Below are positions 1-15,652 of a DNA stretch of 64,000 bases, piece after piece. The DNA lies in the NCBI GenBank assembly GCA_964304625.1, contig OZ199840.1:2592787-2656786 (forward strand), in the 5' to 3' direction. Origin of the DNA: Kudoa neothunni (taxonomy: Eukaryota > Animalia > Cnidaria). The position numbers were made by a program, and so were the translations under genes. The notes under the pieces were generated by a model. That model was not told where the DNA came from. It saw only the letters and a list, made by a program, of their open reading frames with translations, and searched no databases. Each line of letters starts with the position of its first letter. The first letter of the stretch is position 1.

Positions 1-1269
1 TTGAAGCTGCCATAATCCATTGTTTAAACCCGAAGCGAATGGATTTGTTTTATAAAAACATTTTAACTGAATGACGCCCAATGTATGGAATCATTTGTTC
101 GTCTATCGACATGTTTTTCTCAAAAATTGCACACATTATAAATGTAGAGTTCAGTTGGTGCATTAATGGACAAATTTTAAATACCTTTTCTTCTACGTTG
201 ATATTTGCGTTATCGTTTAAATGTATGTATGTATTTCTTTATTAATTTTAATCCTTTATAATTCATAATTCTCTGAGTAATTTCAACGCCGGGATAAATT
301 GGTGATTCCCAATACATATGCTGCCTTGGGGTGCATGGTAACCAGTGACAATTAAGATTCCAATGAGAGATTTATGCTCATCTACAGTTAAACGAAAATC
401 ATGATCATTTTTTGAGGAGCATACAAGTTCTCTGTTTTACAATATGCAATAACAATCTATCATCGAAAAGTTTATGAAATAGCTCATATGATGATATATG
501 GGAATCGGGTAAACCATTTAAATCCATTTGGTCCTATAATTGGGAACCTCTTGTTCATTTGATGAAACGTCTAAACAGTCTAGGTTGAAAGGTCGATAAA
601 TCCCACGAGAAGAATTGACAACATCTTGACTCTCTGTTTCATTAAAAATAGAAGAAAATATTTCAACATCCCCACAAACTTCTGGTACATCTTGTATGTT
701 GGTAACCTCAGACATTATTGGGGAGAAATTACTCTCTGCGTCTGTTAGTTCATCAACATCAGGAAGAAGAGTAACGATATCAATGAATTCATCATCTTCA
801 ATTAACTCGTTATAATTGATTGCATCCAAAAGGTTTTTATAATACGTTTGCTCCATTTTAACTTGATGACGACCAGAAAGAGTTGTACTAATATGCCAAG
901 TGTCAAGTTTAGCGTTTCGAAACATCGAAATTTGAACTATTTGATTTACTTTTAATGTTTTAATTTATGTACATTTTTTTCAAAATAATAAACGTTATTT
1001 GTGAATTATATTTATGTAGTAATAATGAACAAAGAAATATTTTTCAATGTGGTAGCATCAAAATATTAATTTGGCGATAAAAAACACAAAAAAGTGCAAA
1101 TATCTTGTAACAACATATAAACTAATTAATTTATTTTCTTTATTAAATTAAAAATAATTAGCATGTATTATTTAATATAAGTTTTCCTAAATAAATATAA
1201 TGTTTGCATTATTGAAAAGAACATGAAATTTAATCTTGTTTCAAAAACGAAACTCTAACATTGAATGGG
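1..1269 (-). mobile_element. piggyBac (PGBD2/3-like) transposon remnant, 5' part, running off the window start
   Basis: Minus-strand translation of 1-230 gives HLNDNAN..KVFKICPLMHQLN..KNMSIDEQMIPYIGRHS..NPFRFGFKQWIMAAS, the piggyBac IDE..PY.GRH..P.RFG.K.W motif. ORF 518-925 is an acidic N-terminal region. The terminus GGG|TTAA is at 1267-1273. Confidence 0.85.
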
Positions 1270-1299
1270 TTAAAAGAGGCATTTTCTCCTAAAAACAAC

Positions 1300-1850
1300 T
1301 AGATGCTCATCGAGCATCAAATCCTTATCTGGTTTAAAAAGTTCTAAAAATATTTGTTTCAGCATTCAAAAATACCTCTAATGAGGAGGAGCGTATTCAA
1401 CAATCTTCGAGCCTCGTTTTTTTCTAAATTATCGAAATAAATAATCCTAAAAATTTGAATAAACCCATTTAAAAAGATTAGCTTTGGAAAAATATCCCTT
1501 CCTTCTCAGTTTTCCAAAGGAATTGTCGCGATTCTAAATTAGATTTTTAAGGGAACATAGACGGGAAATCCAAATTAAACTAATAACTCTTGATTTATCG
1601 AATCTTTCAACAGATTGATTTAATTAAAGTCGCTGAACTTGTTATTTTATATAGCAGCTGAGAAAAGGCCAAACAACAAATATGCGGAATGTATCAATTA
1701 TGTAAGTTATCCTGCTCGAATTATAAGCAGCTATGTCCGAAAATCTTCGAATAATATTTTATTTAAAGTTTTTAAATATTTGAGGTTTCACAGAAGACCA
1801 ATTAACAGAATTTTTATCTTCGTCCATGTTTCGATAGAATGACTAATGTC
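1300..1850 (+). pseudogene. Possible highly decayed CR1/L2-type non-LTR reverse transcriptase fragment
   Basis: Frameshifted peptides occur in the expected order: KPI*K, ISLPSQFSK (cf. RPISLL.VFSK), TLDLSN (cf. LDLSKAFD), IISSYVRK (cf. WF.SYL..R), EVSQK (cf. GVPQG). All matches are weak. Confidence 0.3.
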
Positions 1851-1862
1851 GACTTTAGATCG

Positions 1863-2849
1863 AATTAATCAGGTCTATTTCTCATCTTAGCACGACGCGC
1901 AAGGATGGGATTATAGTAATCGTTAAGTTTATATATTTTTTTATAACGTTAATAATTTCCTCAAATACGTTTTTTGAATATATATATTGCAAAATAACTT
2001 GGAATAAGATTCAGCGATTTATTACGGATTCAATACGATTTTTATGCACCCCTTCAGAAGAGACGAATTCTTTACTATGGTTCACAATTTTGTGAAGATA
2101 GCCATACTCATCCAATTTTCGGCATCCCTTCCAAGAGTTTGACCAAATTATCGAATCTGGGTAAACATTTTTCACAATAAAGTCTCCCAGAGTATTGTGA
2201 TCGCTTTTCAAGTTTAATTCCATAATAATGATACTCTTCTCATCAATTCTTATAAAAACCAATTGATCTTGATTCGAAAATATTTTTCCAACATTATACA
2301 TTCGTTTGCAAATTAACGTTTCAACGATTTAGATGATTTTTCCTGCTCCACCAATTTTCCTTGAATCATTAAGAACATAATTCGTGTAGATATTTCTAAT
2401 GAACTTCTTCCAGTCGACTGCTGTTTTAGATGATATTCTAAATTATTTTTCAATGAACATGTATGAAGAAATATAATAGGAATAATAAAATATCAATTTT
2501 AATATTATTTGAAGTCTCAGATGATTATTTTGAAAAAACGAGTTTTTTCTGGCAGTTCTCTGTTTTTTGCATTTTGGACAAAAAATTAACGAACTCATCG
2601 ATTATTTGATGATTTCGTATTAATTTCGATTGAATACCGCAGCATGTAGGTTTTTTATCATCCAACAAACCAACATGGCAGAATAGCTTAACACAATATT
2701 CATTATCATATTTTTGAATATCGATAAATGAAGCATCCGTTTTCCTAAGCTCATCACATTCAATTTTTGATACAGAAACAACTACTTCCATGCTTTGTTT
2801 TAATCCCAAAATTAATCCACGTTAGAACGAGAAATAGACCGGATTAATT
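1863..2849 (-). mobile_element. Merlin (ISXO2/IS1595-like DDE) transposon, decayed, with ~28-bp imperfect TIRs
   Basis: Translated motifs RKIGGAGKII*IVE (cf. KIGG.G.IVEIDES) and PDSIIWSNSWKG..L..YGYLHKIVNHSKEFVSSEGVHKNRIES. Inverted repeat aattaatcaggtctatttctc (from 1863) pairs with gagaaatagaccggattaatt (to 2849). No TSD seen. Confidence 0.85.
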
Positions 2850-3712
2850 TGTTCTGGAGTCGATATTAGCCATAAATATTTTACAATTTCTGCTAGTTTA
2901 TATGATTAAATGCCTGTAAAGGTAATATCCACCTATGCGGTTAAATTGAAAGCAACATATCTATAACAAAATATAAATTTAATTTAAATGAGAGGGTCAA
3001 CAAAAATAAAAAAATACTCAATATTAGTAAGATCACTGGGGTTTCCTACATTAAGAAAATCAAATAAATATTAGCTCAGAGTCTGGATGGACCCCAAACT
3101 GTCGCGGAAAGGGCTAGTTTACATCCAATTAATAGAATTTTATTTCTTTTCAAATCAAGTGCGCAAAACATGTCAATGACTTTATTAAAAAATGTCACTA
3201 AGATTATAATCGGATTTGGGTCTAAAAGTCTCCTAATTCGTCAAAGGTTTAATGTGAAATTCAATATATTTCATGGTATTTACCTTTTCTTAAACATTTT
3301 GAAGTTTTATTTTTTCGAATAAATCCAACAATGGTAGCGTTTATTCTATCAGAATAGTTGCAATGAACCTTTCTGGCGAATTGATGACATAGTTAAGAGT
3401 CTTCATGAAATAACTTTGAACAATTATTTTTTGCAATGTGTGAAAGCTTTTTTGGACTGTTACATCTAGTGGAATATTAACAGAGAGTATAATTTTAGTC
3501 TACTTAAACTAATATCTTACTAAATAGTTTTGTATTGCGATCTGTTTATGTAACATCAACATTTTGAACTATTTCATAACTATTGTAGTGATGTAAGGTT
3601 AACATGTAAAAACAGACAGTTCATTTTTAGATACAAAATTTTATCGTATATTAACTTTCTTGAAAATTTAAATGTGGAATTCTTAGAATTTTTTGGAGGA
3701 CAAAATGTAATA

Positions 3713-5613
3713 CAGTAAGAAACCAATTTCATGTAATCCTCTCGGGACCACAAAAAAGTGCGTGAAATCGGACACGTCCAGGGCGTCCAATGAGACTGTC
3801 GCAAAGAAAACACAATAGTATTATTAAAATAACAGAAATTTTTATTTTAAACGCGGGTTCTAATTAGTGTCGTCAATTGAATCATCTTCATCATCTTCAC
3901 AACCCTCGGTTGGGAAGTTTGATCTATTTTTCAAGCGCTCAATGTATCGTTGGCTCACAACATCGCTACTCACATCATGTATTAGTTTATTTGTTGGATG
4001 CGACGTCAAACACGTATTATTATTTCTTCTGATCAACTGCTTTGCGAGAAGTTTACATTTTACAATTTCAGCCTTTAATGAGTTGGTTTATTTAGTTTTT
4101 ATTGTGTTCATTAATGAAAAAATTTGTCCAACATTTGCAGTAGTTGGAATTTCTGTCCTTAGCATCTTGATTAAGCCAATCTATAAAATCTACTTTTATC
4201 CAATCTTATTTGGAGCATATATTATTCCACGCTCTTTTTTAGTTACGTTTGAGATTTCACGCATACTTTAAAATAGCATACGCCAATAACTTAAAAGTAT
4301 GTTATTAAAAGCTGAAAATTTGAAGACAGCATTGAAATACCCAAATACAATCACAGAATAATAAGAACAATTGATAAAATAACAATTACCCAGGGGTCGA
4401 AAAACAGCGCGCTGCGGACGACCGTGATATCTTTTTAAAATCTCGAGTAATTTTAATTCGCTCCATTACTAAAACAATAAATATGATTATTCTACCTAAT
4501 TCGGAAACTTATTACCTATAAACTGATCTCAAAGGATTCAATAATCTAAAAGTTTTGAAAATAAACCAAAAAACTCAAGCCCTGACTTAAAGTGAAAAAA
4601 CCCCCAAGAACCCAAGGTTGGTCGAAAAATCCCAAAATCTTGTGGAAAACCCAAGGTTTGGACACCCTGGTCATGTCCAATTTCATGCACTTACGAGCGC
4701 GATTATTTCAGAAAAAAATGATGTTTAATATTGATCAAGTTGCGTTTAAAAAGACCAGTTAATTATATATTAATTTTTAAAAGTCAATTAAAAATCGAGA
4801 AACGTGTTAATAGCACAAAAATATTTTTCCACGATCCACAAAATACTCTTTTTTTGCTATCAGTAGAATAAGGCAGTTCGTCTACATTGTAAATAAAATT
4901 TTCAGAATACCTTTTAAAAAATGTTCTGATTTGATTGATCTACACTGAAGTAGTTCCAGGCGTAGCATCAACAGATTAATTAATAAAATTTGATTTGTAA
5001 ATGTTGGACCTTTTTTTAAAATAACAAAACCCTCAATGAATTGCACATGAAGGTAAATCTTTTTCTTTGGCTAATTGATTTCTCCTGATGAATATCGTGA
5101 CGACGTTTACTACAATCTTTCTGCTTTGTGTCCACCCAATCCATTCATATACATCTTCATCAACATAATAAATTGTCTTACATACAAATAATTTCTATTT
5201 TCATATTATAAAAACGTTTATAGGTTTTGATTATTTTATCTTTCATCTTTAGGATGTCATTAGGAATTGAGACCATGGATCTTTTAAAACGTGATACAGT
5301 GACAGTTTTTGGGTCATTAGATTGGAGACTTTCATAATAATAAGTAATATAGTACTTATCGGCAATAGTTATAGTCAACGGAATTTTTTGGCGTTAAATA
5401 TTGATTTAACTTAATAACAAACATAAAGCACCCCAACAAAATTCCGTGTGTCCGTGTGTGAAAATGGTGAATCACGCGACTTTTAGTTATATTATTTCGC
5501 AACTTTTTAGAATAATTTTGATTGAAATATAAGAAAAATAAATTATAAACAATGACCAATCAATATTCTAACTAAATAGGTTTTTAAAAGTGCGTGAAAT
5601 TGGTTACTTACTG
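3713..5613 (-). mobile_element. pogo/Tigger-type internally deleted element, copy 1, interrupted by a hAT insertion
   Basis: TA|CAGTAAGAAACCAATTTCA ... TGAAATTGGTTACTTACTG TIRs. Colinear with 7359-8285 once 3779-4669 is removed. Contains a CENP-B-type HTH remnant. Confidence 0.85.
3779..4669 (-). mobile_element. hAT element, internally deleted, nested in Tigger copy 1
   Basis: TIRs CAGGGCGTCCAA / TTGGACACCCTG. The 8-bp TSD is gacacgtc (3771-3778) / gtcatgtc (4670-4677), versus the empty site gtcacgtc in copy 2. The minus strand encodes IPTTANVGQIFSLMNTIKTK*TNSL, a hAT C-terminal dimerisation motif. Confidence 0.85.
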
Positions 5614-5982
5614 TGCCATCAGATTTAAATTTATTAAAGAGAACCTTCAAACAACGTAACATAATGATAGTCCTTTAAGATTTTTATTAAATAAATTATG
5701 ATACTTTTCAACAATAAGAGAAAAATAAATCTGAATCGTTTTAAAAATTTCTTCTTTTTGCGAAAAAAAAGATATCATAACTATGGTTCCGATGATAACC
5801 GATTATTAAAAATTTCGCAAATGCAGGAACAAAACGTATGATTCTATATATTTGAAATTATAGTTTGATAATTTATTTATAAACATATTAAGTTGAATAA
5901 ATAACACCTAAAATAAACAATTAAAATTCATCGTAATGGGAGAAGTATGCCGAAGTTGATTTCGTCAGACCTCGTTTTGATA

Positions 5983-7108
5983 ATGAGTACGGTTGATTTG
6001 GCGTACTTGACTGTTTGGGGTACTGATTGTGATCAGAAAACCGTTGAGTAATTCAAGTAATTTGTTGGTTTAATAAACATCGATTTAGTCTGTCTAAAAA
6101 GAATGTAATTGAAATTGCCGAGGAAAATTTCGCTCACCTGTTAAAAAATCTGTATCAAGTATAAAATCATTATTGTTATGTTTTTTTAGCTGTGCTAGTG
6201 TGATAGAGAAAATTTAAATGAGGATATTGTTGCATTTAAGGTGAATTTAATCGAATTATTTTGACTATATTATAATAGAATTAATTAATTAGGTCCCTGA
6301 GCCAATAATCAATATTCCAAGGATTCGTCCTGTATTTAAATTCGCTAAAATATATTTATACTGAAAATATTTCAGATTCCTAAAGAGAAACCCTTGACAA
6401 AATGGGAAAAGTTTGCACGTGAAAAAGTTGTTTAACAAATTTTTAAAAGCGATCTTTAATCATTCTTTTTTTATAATAGGGAATTCAAAAACGTAAGAAA
6501 GAACCAATGGAATGGGATGATGAAACTCATCAATGGAGACCTAGATTCGGATTTAAAAGAAAGGACAACGTTCATGAGAAATGGTTGATTGAAACCCCTC
6601 ATAACTATAGTATTCTCCTCAATATTAGGTTATTCAATTCCTTTGATTTTATTCTATAGAACCTGGCGAGGATTTGAATCCTTTTGACAAACTTAAATCC
6701 AAATCAAGAGACAATAAGGACAAAAACGAATTGAGACGTTTGAAGAATATATCAGCCAATGGAAAATATGGGAAAACTTACCCCAATGAAGACATTGATG
6801 TGCGCGATAATAAAATTAATGTTGTTAAGAAACTCTCCAACAAATATGTTAATCAAATTCATACGTCAACTGCTTCTGTGGGGAAGTTTCAGAAAAACTT
6901 GGTATTAACGCTATCACGATAAATGTATTTAATATAATTATAGAAAAAAGGCAAAAAAGTCAAAGTTTCTACCAAAGAGACCTCCAAGTTTACTTCTAAT
7001 ACCACCAATATTGGTGATGAAGTTAACCATGCTTTGGGTATTCTCAGTAAAAATTCAAAAATCCAAGAAATAATTACTCACAGTCACTGTAAAATTAGCT
7101 TAGCTTAG
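5983..7108 (+). CDS. RRS1: Ribosome biogenesis regulatory protein RRS1 (7 exons, 6 short GT-AG introns)
   Basis: The spliced translation contains VDLAYL, VPEPIINIPRIRPIPKEKPLTKWEKFAREKGIQKRKK, WDDETHQWRPRFGFKR, KWLIE, KNELRRLKNI and STASVGKFQ, all RRS1 motifs. The start codon is tentative. Confidence 0.92.
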
Positions 7109-7358
7109 CTGTAATGTTTGTTTATATATGCCTTATCTTTTGTTTTTGGCAGTGGCTATTCTCATAGAAACGAATAACTCCTCTGTTGTAAAAAATATTT
7201 CAAATCTGATTTCTTATTTAATTTAACAATTTTTAATCTAATTTCCTATGCAAAAATCATTGTAAAATTTAAAGAATAAAAATTTGACATTTTACCCGCC
7301 CTATTTACACTGCTCACTAGTAGTACACGCACGTTTTTGAGTCTAATATTATGTTATA

Positions 7359-8285
7359 CAGTAAGAAACCAATTTCACGGAACCCCCTCGGGACCAAAGA
7401 AAAAAAGTGCGTAAACCCGGTCACGTCCAATTTCGCAATTGCGCGCGCGATTATTTCAGAAAAAATTGGTGTTTGATAATGATTAAATTGCGTTTATAAA
7501 GACTAGTTAACTATATATTAATTTTTAAACAATCATTAAAACTCGAGAAACATGTTGACGGCACAAAAATATTTTTCCGCGATCTATGAAATACTCTTTT
7601 TTTGCTATCAGTAGAATAAGGCAGTTCGTCTATATTGTAGATAAGATTTTCAGAGTATCTTTTAAAAAATGTTCTGATTTGATTGGTCTACTATGGAATA
7701 GTTTCAGGTGTAGCAGCAGATTAGCTAATAGAATTTGATTTTTGAATGTTGGACCTTTTTTTGAAACAACGAAATCCTCAACGAATTGCACACGAAGGTA
7801 AACCTTTTTCTTTGGCTAATTGATTTCTCCTGATGATTATCGTGACGACGTTTACTACAATGTTTCTGCTTTGTGTCCACCCAATCCACTCAAATACATC
7901 CTCATCAACAGAATTAAATTGTCCTGCACGTAAATAAATTCTATCATTAGATTCTATAAACATTTATAGGTTTTGATTATTTTATTTTTCATCTCCAGGG
8001 TGCCATTAGGAGTTGAGATAATAAATATTTTAAAATGCGATACATTGGCGGTTTTATGGCATTAAATATTGATTTAACTTATAACAAACATGAAGTACCC
8101 CCAAAAAATTCCGTGTGTCAAAGTAGTCAATCACGCGACTTTTAGTTATATTATTTTGCAACTTTTTAAAATAATTTTTATAAAAATTTTGATTGAAATA
8201 TTATAAGAAACATATATTAACAATAACCAATCAATATTCGAACTAAATAGGTTTTTAAAAAGTGCGTGAAATTGGTTACTTACTG
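7359..8285 (-). mobile_element. pogo/Tigger-type internally deleted element, copy 2 (~930 bp)
   Basis: TA|CAGTAAGAAACCAATTTCACG ... CGTGAAATTGGTTACTTACTG. ORF 7778-7963 (VDEDVFEWIGWTQSRNIVV..LAKEKG) resembles the CENP-B HTH. Confidence 0.85.
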
Positions 8286-8287
8286 CA

Positions 8288-9395
8288 CATCCATTTATCT
8301 TAACTCTCTAAACGATATTTTATGAAGAAACGATTTTTCTCTTAATCATAGAGTAAATATGTTTTGCTTGTTATATTTTATTTGGTTCAGATAACGCTTT
8401 GTATCTAATGCTAGATTTACATGACAAAATTTTGAGTAATGGAAACGACTAATTCTTAAAAGTCTTCCAATATATAAAGAAATTTTTCAATGTAATCTAA
8501 ATATTGACCAACTTTGATTCCAATTAACATTTTAACTAAAAATCTCTAACAAATTTTTGTTCTTCCTAAGTAACTAATTAAATACGAATTTTCATGAGTC
8601 ATTCAGCAATTTATGCAACTTTAAGAGTCTTAAACATCCTCTTTTCACATTTTAAGGTCAACATCGACAAAATATTCTTAATCAAATACTAGATTTTTTG
8701 AAACAATAATTTAAATCATCTCCTTAAATTCACACATTTGAAGTATTTTTGTTTACTCTTATCTTTGTTATTATATTACGATTGTATTATAGTATCATTT
8801 ATTATCTTTCCACGTTTTTTATCTCGATTTTATATTTAATTTTTCTACAATAGACGATAATGTAAGACGAAATCAATTATAACCTTGATTATTTAATATT
8901 GTACATAATAAAAACGATTAATCGTTTATTTCAAGCGTTTCCGTTAAAGTAATTGGTCCTAATAAGGTTTTTATTCAATCTAGCGCTTTGCGTTATTTTA
9001 TTAATTTAATTTTAGGATTCATAAAATATTTCTAATTTTATTAAGAAAATAATGATTATAATGAAACTATAGTTGATAACAATTTTTATTTCAATTTTAA
9101 ATATTAAAAGATGACAGATTTGGTAAATAAGAATCTAGCTTCAATTATTTGTAGTCATTTGGGTTTGAGTATTTTTAATGTAGAACTTACATGTATTACA
9201 TATGTAGTTCACTGGTTAAAATAACTTTAAAATATTGATTTAGATTTGATTTTGATTGTTAATATTAACAATTAATAAGAAAATATACCTCTAGGAAAAT
9301 TTTAATAATTGCAATTAATTGCAACTATTGACTGTGACATAGTACAAATAAAATTAATTGATTTTTACCAACAACAATCAATTATTCCTAACCTT
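8288..9395 (+). repeat. ~1.1-kb dispersed repeat, copy A (inverted copy at 32135-33264)
   Basis: Reverse complement of 32135-33264 with only scattered substitutions and one ~19-bp indel near 9360. Confidence 0.9.
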
Positions 9396-9529
9396 TGGAA
9401 TGGGGCCCACGTTGGGGAACACGGATATAACGTATATAATTTTTGATTGATGGCGTAATCATTCCATGGTAATGGCTGAAATAACATTTTTTTAATTAAG
9501 TAACGCCTTAGATATCAATTTATCATGTA

Positions 9530-9964
9530 CAGTGCAACCTCAGGTTTGACCTTAATCCGTTATAGAAGTGTGATAGAGCTGCAATTTGATCGAACTCTGA
9601 ATAATTTTTTCCCGTCCAAAATAATGCAAATTAATTTAATCCGTTATAGCACATCAAATAAATGATTACTTTAATTCTTATCTATTAAAAAACAAGCATG
9701 CCTTTTGTTTATAAAATAAAAAAATAAATATAAAAATTAAGATTAAGATTAGGGTGAATATTTTTGGGTTATCAAATGATAAATTGTAAAGGATTCTCTT
9801 TCGATAACGTTCTCACAATTTGAATGAGCGAATCTTCTTCTAGAATTTCTGTTCTTCTCTGTTTTTTCTCCGACTGGATTTGTTCTAAATACCCTCACTA
9901 TATGTGAACGACCTCAAAAGTGATTCTGATTCAAAATTTTTGTTCGAACTCTGAGGTTGTAATG
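9530..9964. mobile_element. Tigger/mariner-type MITE
   Basis: TA|CAGTGCAACCTCAG ... CTGAGGTTGTAATG|TA. Internal repeats ttaatccgttatag (twice) and tcgaactctga (twice). Confidence 0.8.
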
Positions 9965-10460
9965 TACTTATTTCGAGATAATACATTAATTTAATTTCTC
10001 ACTTAATTGAAATAGTGGTTGCACGATTGTTTTATATTTCCATTTTAAAATACTTTCGCAGGGAAAATTCTCTATAAACTTTCAAAATCACCCATTTTAT
10101 GATAAATCACTTACAAATTATAAAATAACTTTCTATTTTTAAGTTAATTACGTAGTTGACATCTTAAATCATCGAATATAGAATTAAATCTATTTTAGAC
10201 AATAAACTCTGATTTTTTGGAATCAATATTTATTCGAAAAATTAAATACAACTCTATAAAAAGAAATATTATATAAACTTTATATTTTTAACAAACTAAT
10301 TTTCTATTCAATTCTCATGTCAAATGATACACTAATGTTTGAATTTTGCTTAACATATTTTTAGTTTTATTTGAATATTAAATAATTTATGTTACTTAAC
10401 ATAAAAATATATAAAATTGTTTTAATGTCATTATTTTCCAATTTAAATAAATTTTCGCCG

Positions 10461-10471
10461 ATCACGTGACC
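10461..10471. promoter_or_regulatory. E-box (ATCACGTGACC) just upstream of the DHX15 ATG
   Basis: CACGTG at 10463-10468 in an otherwise very AT-rich region. The same 11-mer occurs at 43888-43898. Confidence 0.55.
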
Positions 10472-10480
10472 AACATCAAA

Positions 10481-13165
<2,685 letters not shown>

Positions 13166-15652
13166 TAGATTAGATTGCTTTACAAAAATATTTTCACTCT
13201 GAAGTTTTTTTTGTCGGCGTTCTAATTATTTAAAATAAGTTATTTTTATTTTATTAAATTTTCTGAATATAATAATGAAATTTAATCTATTTATTATTAA
13301 TTATTGTATTCTTTTATTCGCTTTAATGTGAAGGTGTGTTTTTAGAAAAAATTACGGATAAAATTGTAGAATTAATTGAATATATGATTTAACGCCGTGG
13401 TTCTATTATAAAAGGTGGATTATCTTATGGATGGGCTTAATACGACATGGGTGATGTTTCACCTAATAATCGAGGAAAAACAGAATTTTAATGTAAAATT
13501 CATACATTTTTGGTAGGTTACGCTTCCTGCCCTTTTCGTAAGATATTTTGAGAGAGCTAGATTAATGTTGATTAATATGTATATATAAAGCCGTCATATT
13601 TTCTTATCTTCAAGTTGAATTACTCTTACGTTGTATTTTAAATTAGAACATGACAAAAAATCAAACTGCTCAAATAATATTGTGATTATTTGTGGGAATG
13701 ACGCATAATAATGAAATGAATATTTGGATTATTTGACGGATTGTCACATAAAATAAATTTAGGGATAATATATATGGCCACGTATATTATGAAAGTTAAA
13801 AATCAATAGAAACCGTAAAAAGAAACTTTACTACTTATTTTTTTTAGAATAGCGTTTGTTATAAACAGATTAGTCATTATTTAGACGATGAACATAAGCC
13901 ACTCCGAAATAACTAATTTAATAATCTATATTAGAAGCCAAAGAAAAATAAGCCTTTTAATTTTTTTATTTTTTTATGGAAAGACAGCATAAGTTGGGAA
14001 TATTTTGAACCGTTTTTTGTTATATTTCCACACGTAATAGGAAAATCGATTAAATATGTAATTTGTTCCCACGGAGTTTATATTTGGTCACAGCGAGTTT
14101 TGGAAAGTGAATAATTGTTAATGAATGCTTTATTTTTAATATCGATCTGATGTTAATGTATTTATGTGTTGATAATGTTCTAAAAACTATTTTTTTATTT
14201 TCCATCATACCTATGTAATACCCATTAAAAATAATTTGTTATATATTAAATTTTATTTAAAATATGGCTTAATATTTTCTAATATAGAATTATTTTTAAA
14301 AAATCGTTTTGCAGACAATTGATCAAATTTATTTTTTTCACAACAGTCCAACACATGAAATGTGAATAATACGATAATCCGACCCGTCTATAAATATTAT
14401 TGCTCACCCCGGCCCTAGAGGTTTTTATTCACATTGATTATTGATAAATTAATTCAAATTTGTAAGAATTATACTTGATTTTGAAGAGAATAAAACGTAG
14501 TCGATTCAATAAATTTATCATCTGAAATACCTACCAACATATTTTCAAATGTTAAACAACTCAACCAAATTGAGAATGTTTTTTCGTGTTTAGACTCTTT
14601 TTTCTAGCTAATTCTTTGATACTTTTACTTGCTTGACACACTTTTGGTAACTCAATCGTTATTAAATTAAAAGAGAATTTAAGAGATTAAAAATAGTTTT
14701 TATTCATTAGTAGGAAATATAAATACGATTTAATTGTAGATTAGAATATTTTAATATAGCTTTGTTTAAAATTTAGTCATGAAATCTATTAATAATCACA
14801 TTGTTAATGTTCAGAAATCAGATATTATTTTTGCTAAATTAATTATTAGCTCCGTGTAAGCACATGGAAGTTTTTTATCACATTTGTTATTGGTATTATT
14901 TATCTATTTTCCTCATTATTAGTTTTTAATAATAATTTTATTTTGACCATAATAAATAATATACACTGAATTTTTACAAAAATTCAGTCGAGAAATATAA
15001 ACTGGTTTATATTATAAATGTAAAAATCGTAAAACGTGATATTTAATATTTCATGACATTTTTTTAATTATATCACTCTTCATTATAAATATTATTTAAT
15101 TTTGTTATTTTGAAGTTTATATGTAAATTCCAATTCCAACAAACAGTCGAAATCACTGGATAGTATGAGAGAAGATCGCCTTAAATTATAGACACAGCTA
15201 CCCAACCTTAGGGTAATGTATTTCTAACGCATCATTTGGGTTATTTAGAAGTTATAAATTATAAGTGATAATTATGTAATATAGTTATTCTATAATGAAA
15301 AATTTTTAACTGGACAAAATAAACATCTGAATGAGTTTAGCTACATTTTAAAATGTAGAAAAGAAATAACGATGTTTTGCCATCTATTCAAATAGTATCA
15401 TTATCTGCGTATTATCTGGTAGAAACCACTGCTTTCAAATTGGTTATTTTTTGAATTTCTTACATACTGCAATAGCTTCTAATGTAATAAATATAAAAAT
15501 GTTAAATTTTTATGTTATTGTGATTATATGACTTCCGCTATTATGTCACAAATAATGAATCGATTGATCCAAGAATATTTCCGATTGTATGAAAAGTGAT
15601 TCATATCTCGCAAAAAAACGGAAATAAATAGTATAATTATTTAAAGAAATTA

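Noticed and set aside
3867-4271. 134-aa hydrophobic plus-strand ORF resembling a membrane protein
   Set aside because: It is the antisense shadow of the hAT transposase remnant inside TIR/TSD-bounded DNA.
6190-6198. Apparent in-frame TAG in RRS1, suggesting readthrough or a variant genetic code
   Set aside because: Using the AG at 6197-6198 as acceptor removes it. All well-resolved genes translate with the standard code.
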